From positions 97,261-161,260 of the forward strand of contig CAWJBB010000062.1 of the NCBI GenBank assembly GCA_963840855.1: DNA of 64,000 nt, given 5' to 3'. The DNA comes from an uncultured delta proteobacterium. GTDB lineage: Bacteria; Desulfobacterota; Binatia; UBA9968. The position numbers and the translations under genes were made by a program. Shown piece after piece: positions 10,405-22,144 of this stretch; position 1 is the first letter of the stretch; each line of letters begins with the position of its first letter. A model generated the notes under the pieces. That model made no database searches, was not told the DNA's origin, and worked only from the letters and a program-made list of their open reading frames with translations.

Positions 10405-11802
10405 GTGAATCGGCAAAAACGAAATTGTGCAATGATGCTTCTACTGGCTTGCATGTTGTCGGTCTCAATGGCCATGCCGAGCCGTGCTCAAGACGCCCCG
10501 AAATCACCGACAGAAGCTCCACAGGCAACTGTGCCTGCGGTCACTACTCCCGCTCCGCGCGGCCGGCAGCGCCGCCTAAAATCGACAAAGGCGACACCGC
10601 TTGGATGCTGACCTCGTCGGCGTTGGTGCTCATGATGACGATTCCGGGACTGTTTCTTTTCTATGGCGGTTTGGTGCGACGAAAGAACGTGCTCGGCACG
10701 ATCATGCATAGCTTTATAATCGTCGCGGTAATTACCATTCAATGGGTCCTCTGGGGTTACACTCTTGCGTTCGGTCCCGATATCGGGGGCATTATCGGGA
10801 GCCTCGCATGGATGGGCTTGAACGGTGTCGGCCCTGAGCCAAACGCCGACTACGCCGCGACAATTCCTCATGCGGCCTTTATGATCTATCAGATGATGTT
10901 CGCGATCATCACGCCGGCCCTGATTACCGGCGCGTTCGCCGAACGGGTAAAGTTCAGTTCCTTTCTGGTTTTCATCCTGCTTTGGGCAACGTTCATCTAT
11001 GATCCGCTCGCCCACTGGGTATGGGGTGTCAAGGGCTGGATGCGGGAAATGGGCGCGCTCGATTTTGCCGGCGGGACGGTGGTCCACATAAGCTCGGGCG
11101 CTTCGGCTCTGGTGGCGGCGATCATGTTTGGCAAGCGCATCGGTTACGGACAAGAAGCGATGCCGCCACATAATCTGCCTTTTAGCGTGATCGGCGCGGG
11201 TCTTTTGTGGGTCGGTTGGTTCGGTTTCAACGCCGGCAGCGCGCTGGCGGCGGACGGCCTGGCCACTTCTGCTTTCGTAGTGACCCATGTCGCCACGGCC
11301 GCAGCCGCTCTTTCCTGGCTCGCCATGGACTGGATTTTCAGAGGCAAACCGACGGTCTTGGGGGCCGCCAGCGGCGCCGTAGCCGGGCTGGTTGCGATTA
11401 CACCGGCATCCGGATTCGTTGGGCCGATCTCGGCGATCTGGATTGGCATCGGCGGCGGCGTGCTTTGTTCGATCGCCTGTAGCCTAAAACCCGGGTTGGG
11501 ATACGATGATTCCTTAGACGTCGTCGGCGTGCATGGCAGTGGGCGGAACTTGGGGAGCGCTCGCCACGGGCCTTTTTGCTTCCAAGGCGATCAACGCCGC
11601 CGGCAACGACGGCCTTTTCTTTGGCAACCCCGGGCAGCTGTGGACTCAAATTGTTGCCGTCGCTGCTACCTGGATTCTCGCGGTCGTCGGGACCTGTATT
11701 CTCCTCTCCATCGTGAAGGCGATAATGGGCCTGAGGCTCGTAGATGAAGAGGAGCGAATGGGTTTGGACTTGAGCCAACACAACGAGCGCGCTTATGAAT
11801 GA
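10405..11802 (+). CDS. amtB: Ammonium transporter AmtB, split by frameshifts (~10560 and ~11540)
   Basis: GDTAWML, FYGGLVR, DFAGGTVVH, GWFGFNAGS, DDSLDVVGVHG, GLDLSQHNE. Confidence 0.95.
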
Positions 11803-11892
11803 TTGAGAGGGAACCAGGGGTAGCTCTCAAGCGCAGAATGTGATACCAAAATTGTCGCCAACTTTAATCAATCACCGGAGGGGAGGAGTTCA

Positions 11893-13309
11893 ATGTCAGT
11901 TAAAGACGCCCTAGACATGGCGAAGAAGAACAAAGCGGAGATCGTGGATTTAAAGTTCATCGATTTACCGGGCCTATGGCAGCATTTTTCGATACCGGCC
12001 ACAGAATTGAGCGCGGAGTTGTTCGAAGACGGGCTGGGCTTCGACGGCTCGAGCATCCGGGGATTTCAGTCGATCAATGAATCCGACATGATCCTGTTGC
12101 CCGACGCCGACACCGCCATGATGGACCCGTTTACCGAGCACTCAACCATCAGTTTTATATGTAACGTGCTCGATGCCATCACCCGCGAGCCGTATACCAG
12201 AGACCCGAGATACGTCACGCAGAAAGCCGAGAAGTATTTAAAGTCCACGGGCCTGGCCGACACCAGTTACTGGGGTCCGGAGATCGAGTTCTTTATATTT
12301 GACAGCGTGCGTTTCGACCAGAACCATCATGAGGGCTACTATCATATCGACTCCATCGAAGGTTTTTGGAACGCGGGGAAGAACGACGGGCCGAATTTGG
12401 GCAACAAGATCAGATACAAAGAGGGTTACTTTCCCGTGCCGCCGATGGACCAGTACCAGGATTTGCGCTCCGAGATGGTGCTGAACCTGGAGAAATGCGG
12501 CGTCAAGATAGAAGTTCACCACCACGAAGTGGCCACCGCCGGGCAGACCGAGATCGACATGAGATTCGACACCATGACCAGGATGGCCGACAAGGTGTTG
12601 CTGTATAAGTACGTCATCAAAAACACCGCCCAGAAACGCGGTAAAGTGGTCACCTGTATGCCCAAGCCGCTGTTTCAGGACAATGGATCGGGAATGCACT
12701 GTCACCAGAGTCTTTGGAAAGCCGGCAAGAATATATTCTATGACAAGAAGGGCTATGGGCTGATCAGCGACACGGCGACGGTATTATATCGGCGGCTTGC
12801 TCAAGCATGCCCACGCGCTGTGCGCATTTATCGCGCCCACGACAAACTCCTACCGGCGCTTAGTTCCCGGTTATGAAGCGCCAATCAACCTGGTGTACTC
12901 GGCGAGAAACCGCAGCGCCTGCGTGCGTATTCCCATGTACTCCACCAGCGAGAAGGCCAAGCGGTTGGAATTCAGAACCCCCGATCCAAGCGCCAATCCG
13001 TACTATGCGTTTCCGGCGATGATGATGGCGGGGTTGGACGGTATCAGGAACAAGACCGAACCGCCGAAACCTATAGACAAGAACCTCTATGAGCTGGAGC
13101 CGGAAGAAGCGGCGAAGGTAAAGTCGATGCCGGGGTCCTTGGATCAATCCCTGGACGCCCTGGAGAAAGACCACGACTTTCTGCTGCGCGGGGACGTGTT
13201 CACTAAGGACGTGATCGAAACCTGGCTAGAGTACAAGCGCAAGGCCGAGGTCGATGCCATCCGGCTTCGTCCCCATCCCTGGGAGTTTGCGCTGTATTTC
13301 GATATCTAA
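11893..13309 (+). CDS. glnA: Glutamine synthetase type I, split by a frameshift (~12780)
   Basis: [47 protein letters not shown], adenylylation site NLYEL. Confidence 0.97.
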
Positions 13310-13732
<423 letters not shown>

Positions 13733-13749
13733 TTTTTGCGCCCACGGAG

Positions 13750-13828
13750 TTCAAGGTTTCCGGATTCAAGGATCCAGGTTGAAAGAGGTTATTTCATCCG
13801 CGTTGAACCTTGAACTTTGAACATTGAA
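13750..13828. repeat. Inverted pair of degenerate heptamer arrays (GTTCAAG / TTGAACC)
   Basis: gttcaaggtttccggattcaagg ... ttgaaccttgaactttgaacattgaa between convergent genes. Confidence 0.7.
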
Positions 13829-13846
13829 GTATCCGTACCTCACCGG

Positions 13847-15448
13847 CTATTCCTTCTCCCCTTTATCTTCTCCTGGCTGTTTGCCGGGTTCAAAACCTCC
13901 CACTTCATGATAGACGACTTTCTTTTCTTCCTCGAAGGCGCGCACGGTGGGTATCTGTCCCGGTAAGCCGAGTTTTTTCCATTCGCCCGCTACTTTGTCG
14001 TAAATCTCCTTGCGCAAAGCGGTGCGTTTGGAGAACACCGGCAAGTAACGGTGTTCCTTGCAGGCGTTGATTAGCGCTTTCGAACCATAGGGCCGTTTCT
14101 CCGGCGGATTCTGTGTCGGGTCGAGCCAGGTGCTCCAGGTGTTGCGCAGAATATCGATATCGTCGATTGGATTGCAGCGGCTGCTCATGGCCCAGATTAC
14201 CTGATCCATGTCAGTGGGATCGACATCCTCATCGACCGCAATAATCCATTTTGTGAAGTAAGCGCCACCCGGGACCTGGGCTGCAAGCGCCAACGCCTGC
14301 GCCGCATGACCCGCGTAGCGTTGTTCGAGGGCGATGACCGTCATGCCGAACCCGCCGGCGCCGGCGGGATGAGCATAAACTCCCTGAATCCCCGGCACGC
14401 CGAGTTTGTCCAAGTCATCCCAGATGCGCGCCGAGCGGATAATGGAGAAAAAACCGCTCTGCTCGTTTGACGGGTAATCCGCCATCAACGCATTGGTCAA
14501 AATCGGATTGCTGCGATAGTGGACCGCGGTCACTTCGACCAGCGGGCAACCGGCTTCAGGTCTGCCATAGTAGCCGGGAAATTCACCGAAGGGGCCTTCG
14601 CTCTTGATTGAGTTCGGCTTAATGATGCCTTCAATCATGAATTCAGCATTGGCGGGGAGTAAAAGACCAGTCGTCTTGCCCTTGACCACTGGAATCGGTT
14701 CGCCCTTGATGCCGCCCAGGAACTCATATTCGGAAACATTTTTGGGAAATGTCTGTGATCCGACGACCATGAATAACGGATCGATGCCCCAGGCGGCGGC
14801 GACTTCCACAGGCTTTCCCTGTTGCCATGAGCGAGTGATGTGCAGCCGCGCGTCTTTTCCCGGAGAGAGATATAGACCGGTTTCATTCTTTCCCTGCAGC
14901 ATCATGCGGTAGGTGCCGACGTTGAGATAGCCGGAGTCAGGATCGCGGGTAATGACGCAATCGGCGGTGCCGGCATAACGCCCGCCGTCCAAAGGCCAGT
15001 GCTTGGGAATCGGCAACTGCGTAAAATCGATCTGATCGCCGGTGAGCGTGTTCTCGTAGAAGCCGGCCTGAGACTGCGGCACCTCGCGGGGAAGCGTGCG
15101 AAATTTGAGCTTTTCCTTAACCCGGCGAATCAGTTCCACAATTGGCGTGTCGGGCGGCTCTTCCATCGTTAGAGCGATGCGCGGGATGCTCGGCCCGAGG
15201 ATGTTCCACAGGGAACGGGCTTTGTACGGGCTTTTTTCGTAGCCTTTGATATTGTCGAATAGTATCGCGGGGGAGGGCGTATGTTTTGCCACCAGGTAAC
15301 CGATGGCGCTCATCTCCTCCTCGCAGCTAACCGCCTCGGATACGCGCACCAGATCGCCCATATCTTCAACGCGATCAAGCCACTCGCGCAGATCCTGAAT
15401 CGGCCCCCTGCTCGCGGTTGCGGTTACTTTTTCTTCTCGCTTGGCCAT
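13847..15448 (-). CDS. UbiD family (prFMN-dependent) decarboxylase
   Basis: DLREWL, DGGRY, NVGTYR, EGPFGEFPGYY, VDEDVDP; GGAGG RBS before ATG 15448. Confidence 0.92.
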   Translation of the reverse strand: MAKREEKVTATASRGPIQDLREWLDRVEDMGDLVRVSEAVSCEEEMSAIGYLVAKHTPSPAILFDNIKGYEKSPYKARSLWNILGPSIPRIALTMEEPPDTPIVELIRRVKEKLKFRTLPREVPQSQAGFYENTLTGDQIDFTQLPIPKHWPLDGGRYAGTADCVITRDPDSGYLNVGTYRMMLQGKNETGLYLSPGKDARLHITRSWQQGKPVEVAAAWGIDPLFMVVGSQTFPKNVSEYEFLGGIKGEPIPVVKGKTTGLLLPANAEFMIEGIIKPNSIKSEGPFGEFPGYYGRPEAGCPLVEVTAVHYRSNPILTNALMADYPSNEQSGFFSIIRSARIWDDLDKLGVPGIQGVYAHPAGAGGFGMTVIALEQRYAGHAAQALALAAQVPGGAYFTKWIIAVDEDVDPTDMDQVIWAMSSRCNPIDDIDILRNTWSTWLDPTQNPPEKRPYGSKALINACKEHRYLPVFSKRTALRKEIYDKVAGEWKKLGLPGQIPTVRAFEEEKKVVYHEVGGFEPGKQPGEDKGEKE

Positions 15449-15485
15449 CGTAAATCCTCCGAGCATTGCTCTCTAAGTTTGAATT

Positions 15486-16232
15486 TTACAGTCGACTGCC
15501 TTTGGGCAAGAGAGATCTGAAATATGCAAAGGCGTCATAGGAACGGTACATCATATTCTCTTTCATGAAATCAATATCATTTTGCGGCATCACCGCCGGT
15601 TTACCGACGCAGCTGGCGACGAACTGCATGTATGCAGTCCTTTCCAGGTAGATCGCGTGAACCGTAGCATATTCCAAGCTGTCGCCGACCACAACAATCC
15701 CATGGCCTTTAAGCAGCATCGCCATACGGTCGGCCAAAGTTTGGCAAATCTCCTTGCCGTCTTGAACCGTATATATCAACCGCGGACTGGGAAAAATCGG
15801 CGTCTCAGGGGCAAAGACCGCAGCCTGATTGTAAATCGGCAGGATCGGCGTGCCCGCCACGGAAAAAGCGGTGGCCAATGCTTGATGCGTGTGAACCACC
15901 GAGTTGACATCCCGGCGGGCGTTATAAATCGCCGCGTGGATCATCGTTTCCCGCGGCGGATTCTTGAGCTTGGTGACGGCCCGCGTGCCGCCCGCCCTGG
16001 CGTAGTTCTGTTCGCAATCCTCCATGTATTCGTCGATATCCACCAGGATGATATGTTTCGGAGCGATTTCGCCGAGGGGCGCGAGCACCGGTTTGATGAA
16101 AAACTTCCGTGTCCCCGGTATGCGCGCGCTCACGTGACCGTGGTAATCGGCCAGGCCCTGGTAAAACATAATGCGGTTACCCAGGGCGACTTTCTTTTTC
16201 AGTTCCTCCAGATCCTTCTTACTGCTTGCCAC
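15486..16232 (-). CDS. Class II aldolase/adducin family protein
   Basis: GHVSAR, IHAAIY..R.DV.SVVHTH, LLKGHG motifs. Confidence 0.88.
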   Translation of the reverse strand: MASSKKDLEELKKKVALGNRIMFYQGLADYHGHVSARIPGTRKFFIKPVLAPLGEIAPKHIILVDIDEYMEDCEQNYARAGGTRAVTKLKNPPRETMIHAAIYNARRDVNSVVHTHQALATAFSVAGTPILPIYNQAAVFAPETPIFPSPRLIYTVQDGKEICQTLADRMAMLLKGHGIVVVGDSLEYATVHAIYLERTAYMQFVASCVGKPAVMPQNDIDFMKENMMYRSYDAFAYFRSLLPKGSRL

Positions 16233-17211
16233 TTAAATTCCCCTTTCTTGCCAGAGGTCGGAGGTCAGAGGTCTGATCTCCGACTTCTGATCTCTGACTT
16301 TCGTTGTCTCCCGACCAGCGGATGTTCATCCAGTTCCACTGATCGGGATAGGCGCGCACGGTTTTTTCGAGCCACTGAGTCATGCGCAAAATGTTCTCGG
16401 CGATTTCCGCCTTGCCGTTGCTGGACCGAGCTAATTCCAGTTCCGGCTCGATTACGAGTCGCAAAGTATCATCGGGTTGCCGGACGAGGCAGGCGGGGAC
16501 GACGGCGGCGCCGGTTCTTGACGCGAGCGTCGCTGGACCCCGACGCGCCAGGACGGTGCGACCGAAAAATGCTGTGGGTATGCCATTACCTCGGCGATAT
16601 TCATCCGTGATCATGACCGCGATCTCGTTGCGTCTGAGCACCGCGTTAATCTCCTGCAGCGCTTGACGCCGAGGCCGGGCGTGGATCGTGCTTAATCTTA
16701 TCTGCAAGCGGTAATCATCCAAGAGTTTGCCAACCTGGCCCTCGCCGCGGTGATTGATCAATACGTGAATGGGATGGCCCTCGACCGCTAATCTGGTCCC
16801 CACCAGAAAAAAATTCCCCAGGTGCGCGCTCAATACGATGACGCCTTTGCCTTTAGCCAGAGCCGTGTCCAGGTGCTCGCGCCCATCGACCGGAATCGCG
16901 GCGCGCCTCTCGTTATCGGAAGATTCCAGAGCGATAACCATCTCAACGCAGGCGCGAAAAAAATTCCGTAAAGATCGCCGCGCTATCGCGCGCGCACTGG
17001 CAGCTTCCCCGCGACCGGCAAAAGCAACATTTAAATTCCTTATTGATCTCGTCCGGTAACCCCGAAATAGCAAGAAGGCCAGGCTTGCCAATGCGTCACA
17101 GAACCCGAATAGCCCTCGCCGCGGGAAAATTCTAACGGCGAGACATCCTAATTTGAAACCAAAAAGGGTAGCTGCGTAGGAGGTCTTTTCAACAAACCAC
17201 CGCGTCATCAA
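16219..17211 (-). CDS. Lipid A lauroyl/myristoyl acyltransferase family (LpxL/HtrB-like)
   Basis: GKGVIVLSAHLGNF, FFG, YPDQWNWM..RW; C-terminus runs through heptamer repeats. Confidence 0.82.
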   Translation of the reverse strand: MMTRWFVEKTSYAATLFGFKLGCLAVRIFPRRGLFGFCDALASLAFLLFRGYRTRSIRNLNVAFAGRGEAASARAIARRSLRNFFRACVEMVIALESSDNERRAAIPVDGREHLDTALAKGKGVIVLSAHLGNFFLVGTRLAVEGHPIHVLINHRGEGQVGKLLDDYRLQIRLSTIHARPRRQALQEINAVLRRNEIAVMITDEYRRGNGIPTAFFGRTVLARRGPATLASRTGAAVVPACLVRQPDDTLRLVIEPELELARSSNGKAEIAENILRMTQWLEKTVRAYPDQWNWMNIRWSGDNESQRSEVGDQTSDLRPLARKGNLSGKQ

Positions 17212-17462
17212 AGTTCATCAAAATAAGCCGATTGGTCTCTCCCAGAAACACCAAAGGAGCCCAATCTACGACACTTTTTCGCCAGCCGCAAGGGACTGTG
17301 GCGCCCCACGAGGCCTTCTGAGAAAGTCGCCGTACGGTAAAAAACACTTGTAAAAACAGTGAGTTACAAATCTAAGGCAATTGTATCTTGGAGCCGCAGT
17401 GGTTTTGTTCCGGAACTACTTGTGGTACAAACTGATAGCGAGCCGTCGGTAGGAAAATTGCC

Positions 17463-17840
17463 ATGCGGATGATGTTGCCAACGATCAAAGAACGCCGGGT
17501 TGTGGACCGCCTGTTGTCGACCTTTTTCGCCGACTACAAGGCCCAGGATTTCAAAAGGGCGGTCTCCGCGCTCTGCCGCTTTTACCATTTGAAAAATCCC
17601 AAGGTCGAGTGGTTTGAATACATCGATTGGGGCAGGACCGCCGGTAAGACTTATGAAAACGGCCAGATCTATCTGGTTCACCCCGAAAACTGGAAAAAAG
17701 GGACGAAATACAATTCGGAGCGAAGCTGGGTCAACATGGTTTACCACGAAATGGGACATTATATTTTCTGGGCGGATGCGGAGACCAAGGCTGATATGTT
17801 CGCCTCCCGAATGGTGCGCGGCGTGAACGGGAACAAATAG
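17463..17840 (+). CDS. Small hypothetical protein with HExxH zincin-like motif
   Basis: 125-aa ORF containing VYHEMGHY followed by E..AD.FA. Confidence 0.7.
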   Translation: MRMMLPTIKERRVVDRLLSTFFADYKAQDFKRAVSALCRFYHLKNPKVEWFEYIDWGRTAGKTYENGQIYLVHPENWKKGTKYNSERSWVNMVYHEMGHYIFWADAETKADMFASRMVRGVNGNK

Positions 17841-17900
17841 TCATTCAATTTCACCCAGGACCGGCCTAATAAATCTTTTTTCGCCTCTCTGACTGGGGCC

Positions 17901-17993
17901 GTGGAATACAAAGATCCGCTGAAACTGCCCAACGCGAATTTTCCCATGCGGCTGAAGCCTCGTTATCTCGACGGCGTTAACCGGTCTAGATAA
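17901..17993 (+). pseudogene. Relic 5' end of a type 1 isoleucyl-tRNA synthetase gene
   Basis: GTG-started 30 codons MEYKDPLKLPNANFPMRLKPRYLDGVNRSR*; the first 17 residues resemble the IleRS1 N-terminus (DYKxTLNLPxTxFPMR). Confidence 0.7.
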
Positions 17994-18057
17994 TTGCATC
18001 ACCTTGGAGTACTTATCTTAGGTCTGTAAAAAACTAGTGTGTCTTAGAGCATGAGCC

Positions 18058-21000
18058 TTGATGGTGATGTCGTTTACGTTCAATAAAGTCAACAGCGAAG
18101 TCGATTTTCCCGCCCTCGAACGTTCGATCCTGGATTTTTGGCGGCGAGCGGATGCTTTCGAGCGTCTGCGAAAAAAAAATCAGGGTAAACCGCCATGGTC
18201 GTTCCTCGACGGCCCAATCACTGCAAACAATCCCATGGGTGTTCATCACGCCTGGGGCCGCACGTACAAGGACTTGTATAACCGTTACTTCGCCATGACC
18301 GGTCATGAGTTGCGCTATCAAAACGGTTTTGACTGCCAAGGCCTTTGGGTGGAAGTAGAAGTAGAAAAGGAGTTGGATCTCAAATCGAAGCAGGACATTG
18401 AAAATCTTGTGACCGGCGATCGCTTTGCGAGCATCGATCGCTTTGTCGCTCTCTGCAAAGAGCGGGTCGATAAGTTCGCTCGTATCCAGACGGATCAATC
18501 GATCCGGCTTGGTTACTGGATGGATTGGGATCGTGACGATGATTGGCTCAAGCCACCCGACCTCAGAAGAAGCTACTTCACCATGTCCGAAGAGAACAAC
18601 TACACGATCTGGAGCTTCCTAAAAAAATGCCACGATCGTGGCCTGGTTTATCGAGCCTACGATGCGATGCCCTGGTGCCCGCGATGCGCCGTGGGAATCA
18701 GCCAAATGGAGATGCACGAGGGCTACCAAAAAGTCCCGCATCAAGCGGTATTTGTGCGCTTTCCACTGCGCGGCCAGCCTGGGGAAAATCTACTTGTTTG
18801 GACGACTACGCCTTGGACATTAACCAGCAATGTCGCCGTGGCGGTCAATCCTGGTCTCACCTACTTAAAGGTCCGTCATCGGGGCGAAATTTACTTTCTG
18901 GCGAAAAATACTTTCTCCGCTCAACGGCTGGACGAGGAGTTCCGAAAAAAGGAGTGGATCGAAGGGGTTCCCAAGCTGAAGTCGATTGAACAGATTTTCA
19001 AAGAAAAGGGGGGCTACGAGGTACTTGGCGAGCTTGCCGGGAGCGAGATGCTCGGGTGGACTTATGATGGGCCCTTTGATGAGTTCGAAGCGCAAAATTA
19101 TCCTGGGGGGTACCCTGCACAGATTGCGGATGTGGCGATCAAGCAACAGTGGGGACCGTCAAAGCCCGCTCGAGAAATTCATCGCGTGATTTCATGGGAC
19201 GCGGTCAGCGAGGCCGAAGGCACCGGCATCGTGCACATCGCACCGGGATGCGGCAAGGAAGATTTTGCTCTCGGCAAAGAGGAAAGTCTCGTGCCGATTG
19301 CGCCACTGGATGAGGCCGGCATTTTCCTCGATGGTTTTGGCGAATTGAACGGTCGTTCGGCCGTAGATCCAGCCACCGTGGATTGGATCCTATCCAACCT
19401 CCAGCAAAAGGGACGGCTGGTCGCGGTGGAGCGTTATCCGCACAATTATCCGCACTGTTGGCGCTGCAAGACGGAGCTTCTTTTCAGACTCGTCGATGAG
19501 TGGTTTATCGATATGCGATGGCGTGACGCCATTATAAGGATTTGTCATGACGCCCGTTGGATACCAGAATTCGGTCTGCACCGAGAACTGGACTGGCTCA
19601 AGAACATGGGCGATTGGATGATCTCTAAAAAACGTTACTGGGGGCTTGCGCTCCCCATTTGGGTCTGTGAGAGTTGCGGCGCTTTCGATATCGTGGGCAG
19701 TCGGGATGAGCTCAAAAACCGGGCTATAGGCGGCTGGGAACGGTTCGAGGGACATACGCCGCACAGACCTTGGATTGACTTGGTAAAGATCCGTTGTGCC
19801 AAGTGTGGCGGTTCGTCGAGTCGGATTCCTGATGTCGGCAATCCTTGGCTTGACGCCGGTATCGTCCCCTATTCCACTCTGGGCTACAACCGGGACCGGA
19901 CCTATTGGGAAAAGTGGTTCCCGGCCGATTTCATTACCGAGTGTTTTCCAGGTCAATTTCGAAACTGGTTCTATGCACTCCTGGCGATGAGTGCCCTGAT
20001 GGAGAACCGAGCCCCTTTCAAGGTTCTTTTGGGGCATGCGCTGGTGCGCGACGAAAAAGGCGACGACATGCACAAGTCCAAGGGAAACGCCATTCCCTTC
20101 GAGGACGCGGCGGAAAAAATGGGGGCGGACGTGATGCGCTGGATGTTTTGCCGCAACAATCCCGCCAACAACATTAATTTTGGTTACCGCCCGGCAGACG
20201 ACGTCAGAAACCGCTTCGTACTGAAGCTTTGGAATACCTACGCGTTCTTTTGCAACTACGCCCGATTGGATGGCTTTGACCCAAAGTCACCCGCCGTTCC
20301 CGTTCAGCAACGGCCGGACATCGACCGCTGGATCCTATCCGACTTGCAGCTGTTGATCCAAAGCGCCCGGCGCGAATACGAAGACTTCAACGTGATGGGA
20401 TTTTGTCTCCTCGCCGAAGATTTCGTCGCCGAGAAGCTAAGCAACTGGTACGTGCGTCGGAACCGCCGGCGTTTTTGGAAAAGCGAGCAAAATGATGATA
20501 AATCTGCCGCTTATCAAACTCTTTACACCGTCCTCACGACGCTGATCAGGCTGTCTGCGCCGGTCATGCCGTTCCTGACCGAAGTCATGTACCAGAACCT
20601 GGAGGGGAGCGAGACAGAACCGGTGGACCGTCCGGTAAGCATTCATCTTTGTGACTTTCCACAGGCCGATCCCTCCCTCATCGACACGGAACTTTCCGCC
20701 GATATGGAGGCGTTGCTTAAACTGGTGTCCCTCGGTTCTGCTGTCAGGAACAGCGTTAAAATCAAGGTTCGCCAACCGCTGGCGGAAATAAGGATCCAAC
20801 CAGCCACCGATGCGGAACGTCATGCCGTCTTGCGATTTAGCGAGCAGATCGCCGAAGAACTCAACGTAAAAAAAGTGAGCCTGCATGATGCCGCGCAGGG
20901 TCCGCTTTTGCGTTATGAGATTAAACCGAACCTCAAGTCGCTCGGTCCAAAGCTCGGCCAGCGAGTAAAAGAAGTCCAAAGCGCTTTAGCGGCTCTGGAT

Positions 21001-21454
21001 CCCGTTGTCAGTGACAGAGAAAATCCAGACCGACGGCCGCCTGGAAGTGTCCTACTCCGGCGGGACTGTGGTCTTGGAAAGCAATGACATTTTGACAAGT
21101 ACGAAAGCGCCCGACGGCTGGGCAGGACTGGCCGATCACGGCACGCAGATCATCGTCGACGTACGCGTCACTCAGCAACTCGCTTTCGAAGGGACTGCCC
21201 GGGAGATTGTCCGACACATCCAGGACTTGAGAAAACAAGCCGGCCTTGAAATGGAGGACCGCATCCGCTTACATTTAAAGACGGAATCTGCCACGGTGCG
21301 AGAAGCAATCGCGGCTCATGAACACTACATCCGCGGGGAGACTCTAGCCATAGAGATCGCCAGGCAGCCGGTCGATGGTGATGCTCACAAAGCGGAAATC
21401 AATCTCCAAGGTGACACGTTGACCATAGAACTCGCCAAAGCCGCCCGGGTCTAA
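18058..21454 (+). CDS. ileS: Isoleucyl-tRNA synthetase, type 2, split by a frameshift (~21005)
   Basis: FLDGPITAN, GVHH in place of HIGH, WTTTPWTL, GTGIVHIAPG, YPHCWRC, DWMISKKRYWG, DMHKS, KPNLKSLGPKLG and REIVRHIQDLRK (IleRS2 C-terminus); no C-terminal zinc finger. Confidence 0.95.
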
Positions 21455-21646
21455 TCCTCGAAATTGACGACTCAGTGGTTCGTTAAATATGGACATGCTT
21501 CAAGCTGATCTACCTATGGACTTTTTCGAAAGTCAGATTACGGAAGTCGAAGAATGTCCCGGAAACGGCGTCTTAGCTGTTCAGCAGGCCGTTCACTTCA
21601 ATGTCCGTTGCTGCTGCGCGGCGGTACTCGCTTCGGGAGCCGCAGC

Positions 21647-22144
21647 TTGAGCGCCAAGGCCAAACTGACTCTGACGTGGATTGCGTTCATCGTCGCCGCG
21701 GACCAGGTGACCAAGTTGTGCGTGGACCGATGGTTGCCGCTCCATCATTCCATCCCGGTGATCGATGGTCTATTTAGCCTGACTTATATCCGCAACACCG
21801 GCGCTGCGTTCGGCATCTTCGCCGGCAGCGCCGCCGCCTTTCGCCTGCCCTTCCTGATTATTTTTTCGCTGGTCGCCATCGGCTTCGTGGTGACGATGCT
21901 CAGGCGCTTGCCGGATAATCAAACCGGGCTGATCACCGCGCTGGCGTTTATCATCGGCGGCGCCGTCGGGAATTTGATAGACCGAATCGCCTACGGTGAA
22001 GTCATCGACTTTCTCGATTTTTACTGGCGAAGCTACCACTGGCCGGCGTTCAATCTCGCCGACAGTTTTATCACCGTCGGTGTCCTGATCACCGTCTTTT
22101 ATCTGATCAAAGCCAAAGGCGAAGACCCCTTCGCCGCGCGTTAA
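21647..22144 (+). CDS. lspA: Lipoprotein signal peptidase II
   Basis: DQVTK, NTGAAFG, GGAVGNLIDR, VIDF, FNLADS; likely TTG start at 21647 with GGGAG RBS. Confidence 0.95.
   Translation: MSAKAKLTLTWIAFIVAADQVTKLCVDRWLPLHHSIPVIDGLFSLTYIRNTGAAFGIFAGSAAAFRLPFLIIFSLVAIGFVVTMLRRLPDNQTGLITALAFIIGGAVGNLIDRIAYGEVIDFLDFYWRSYHWPAFNLADSFITVGVLITVFYLIKAKGEDPFAAR

Noticed and set aside
17841-18057. T-box leader upstream of ileS
   Set aside because: No T-box consensus or terminator/antiterminator seen; the region is better explained by the ileS1 relic.
21554-21646. N-terminal extension of LspA in the ORF track
   Set aside because: A TTG at 21647 with a GGGAG RBS gives a normal-length LspA; the extension is not protein-like.
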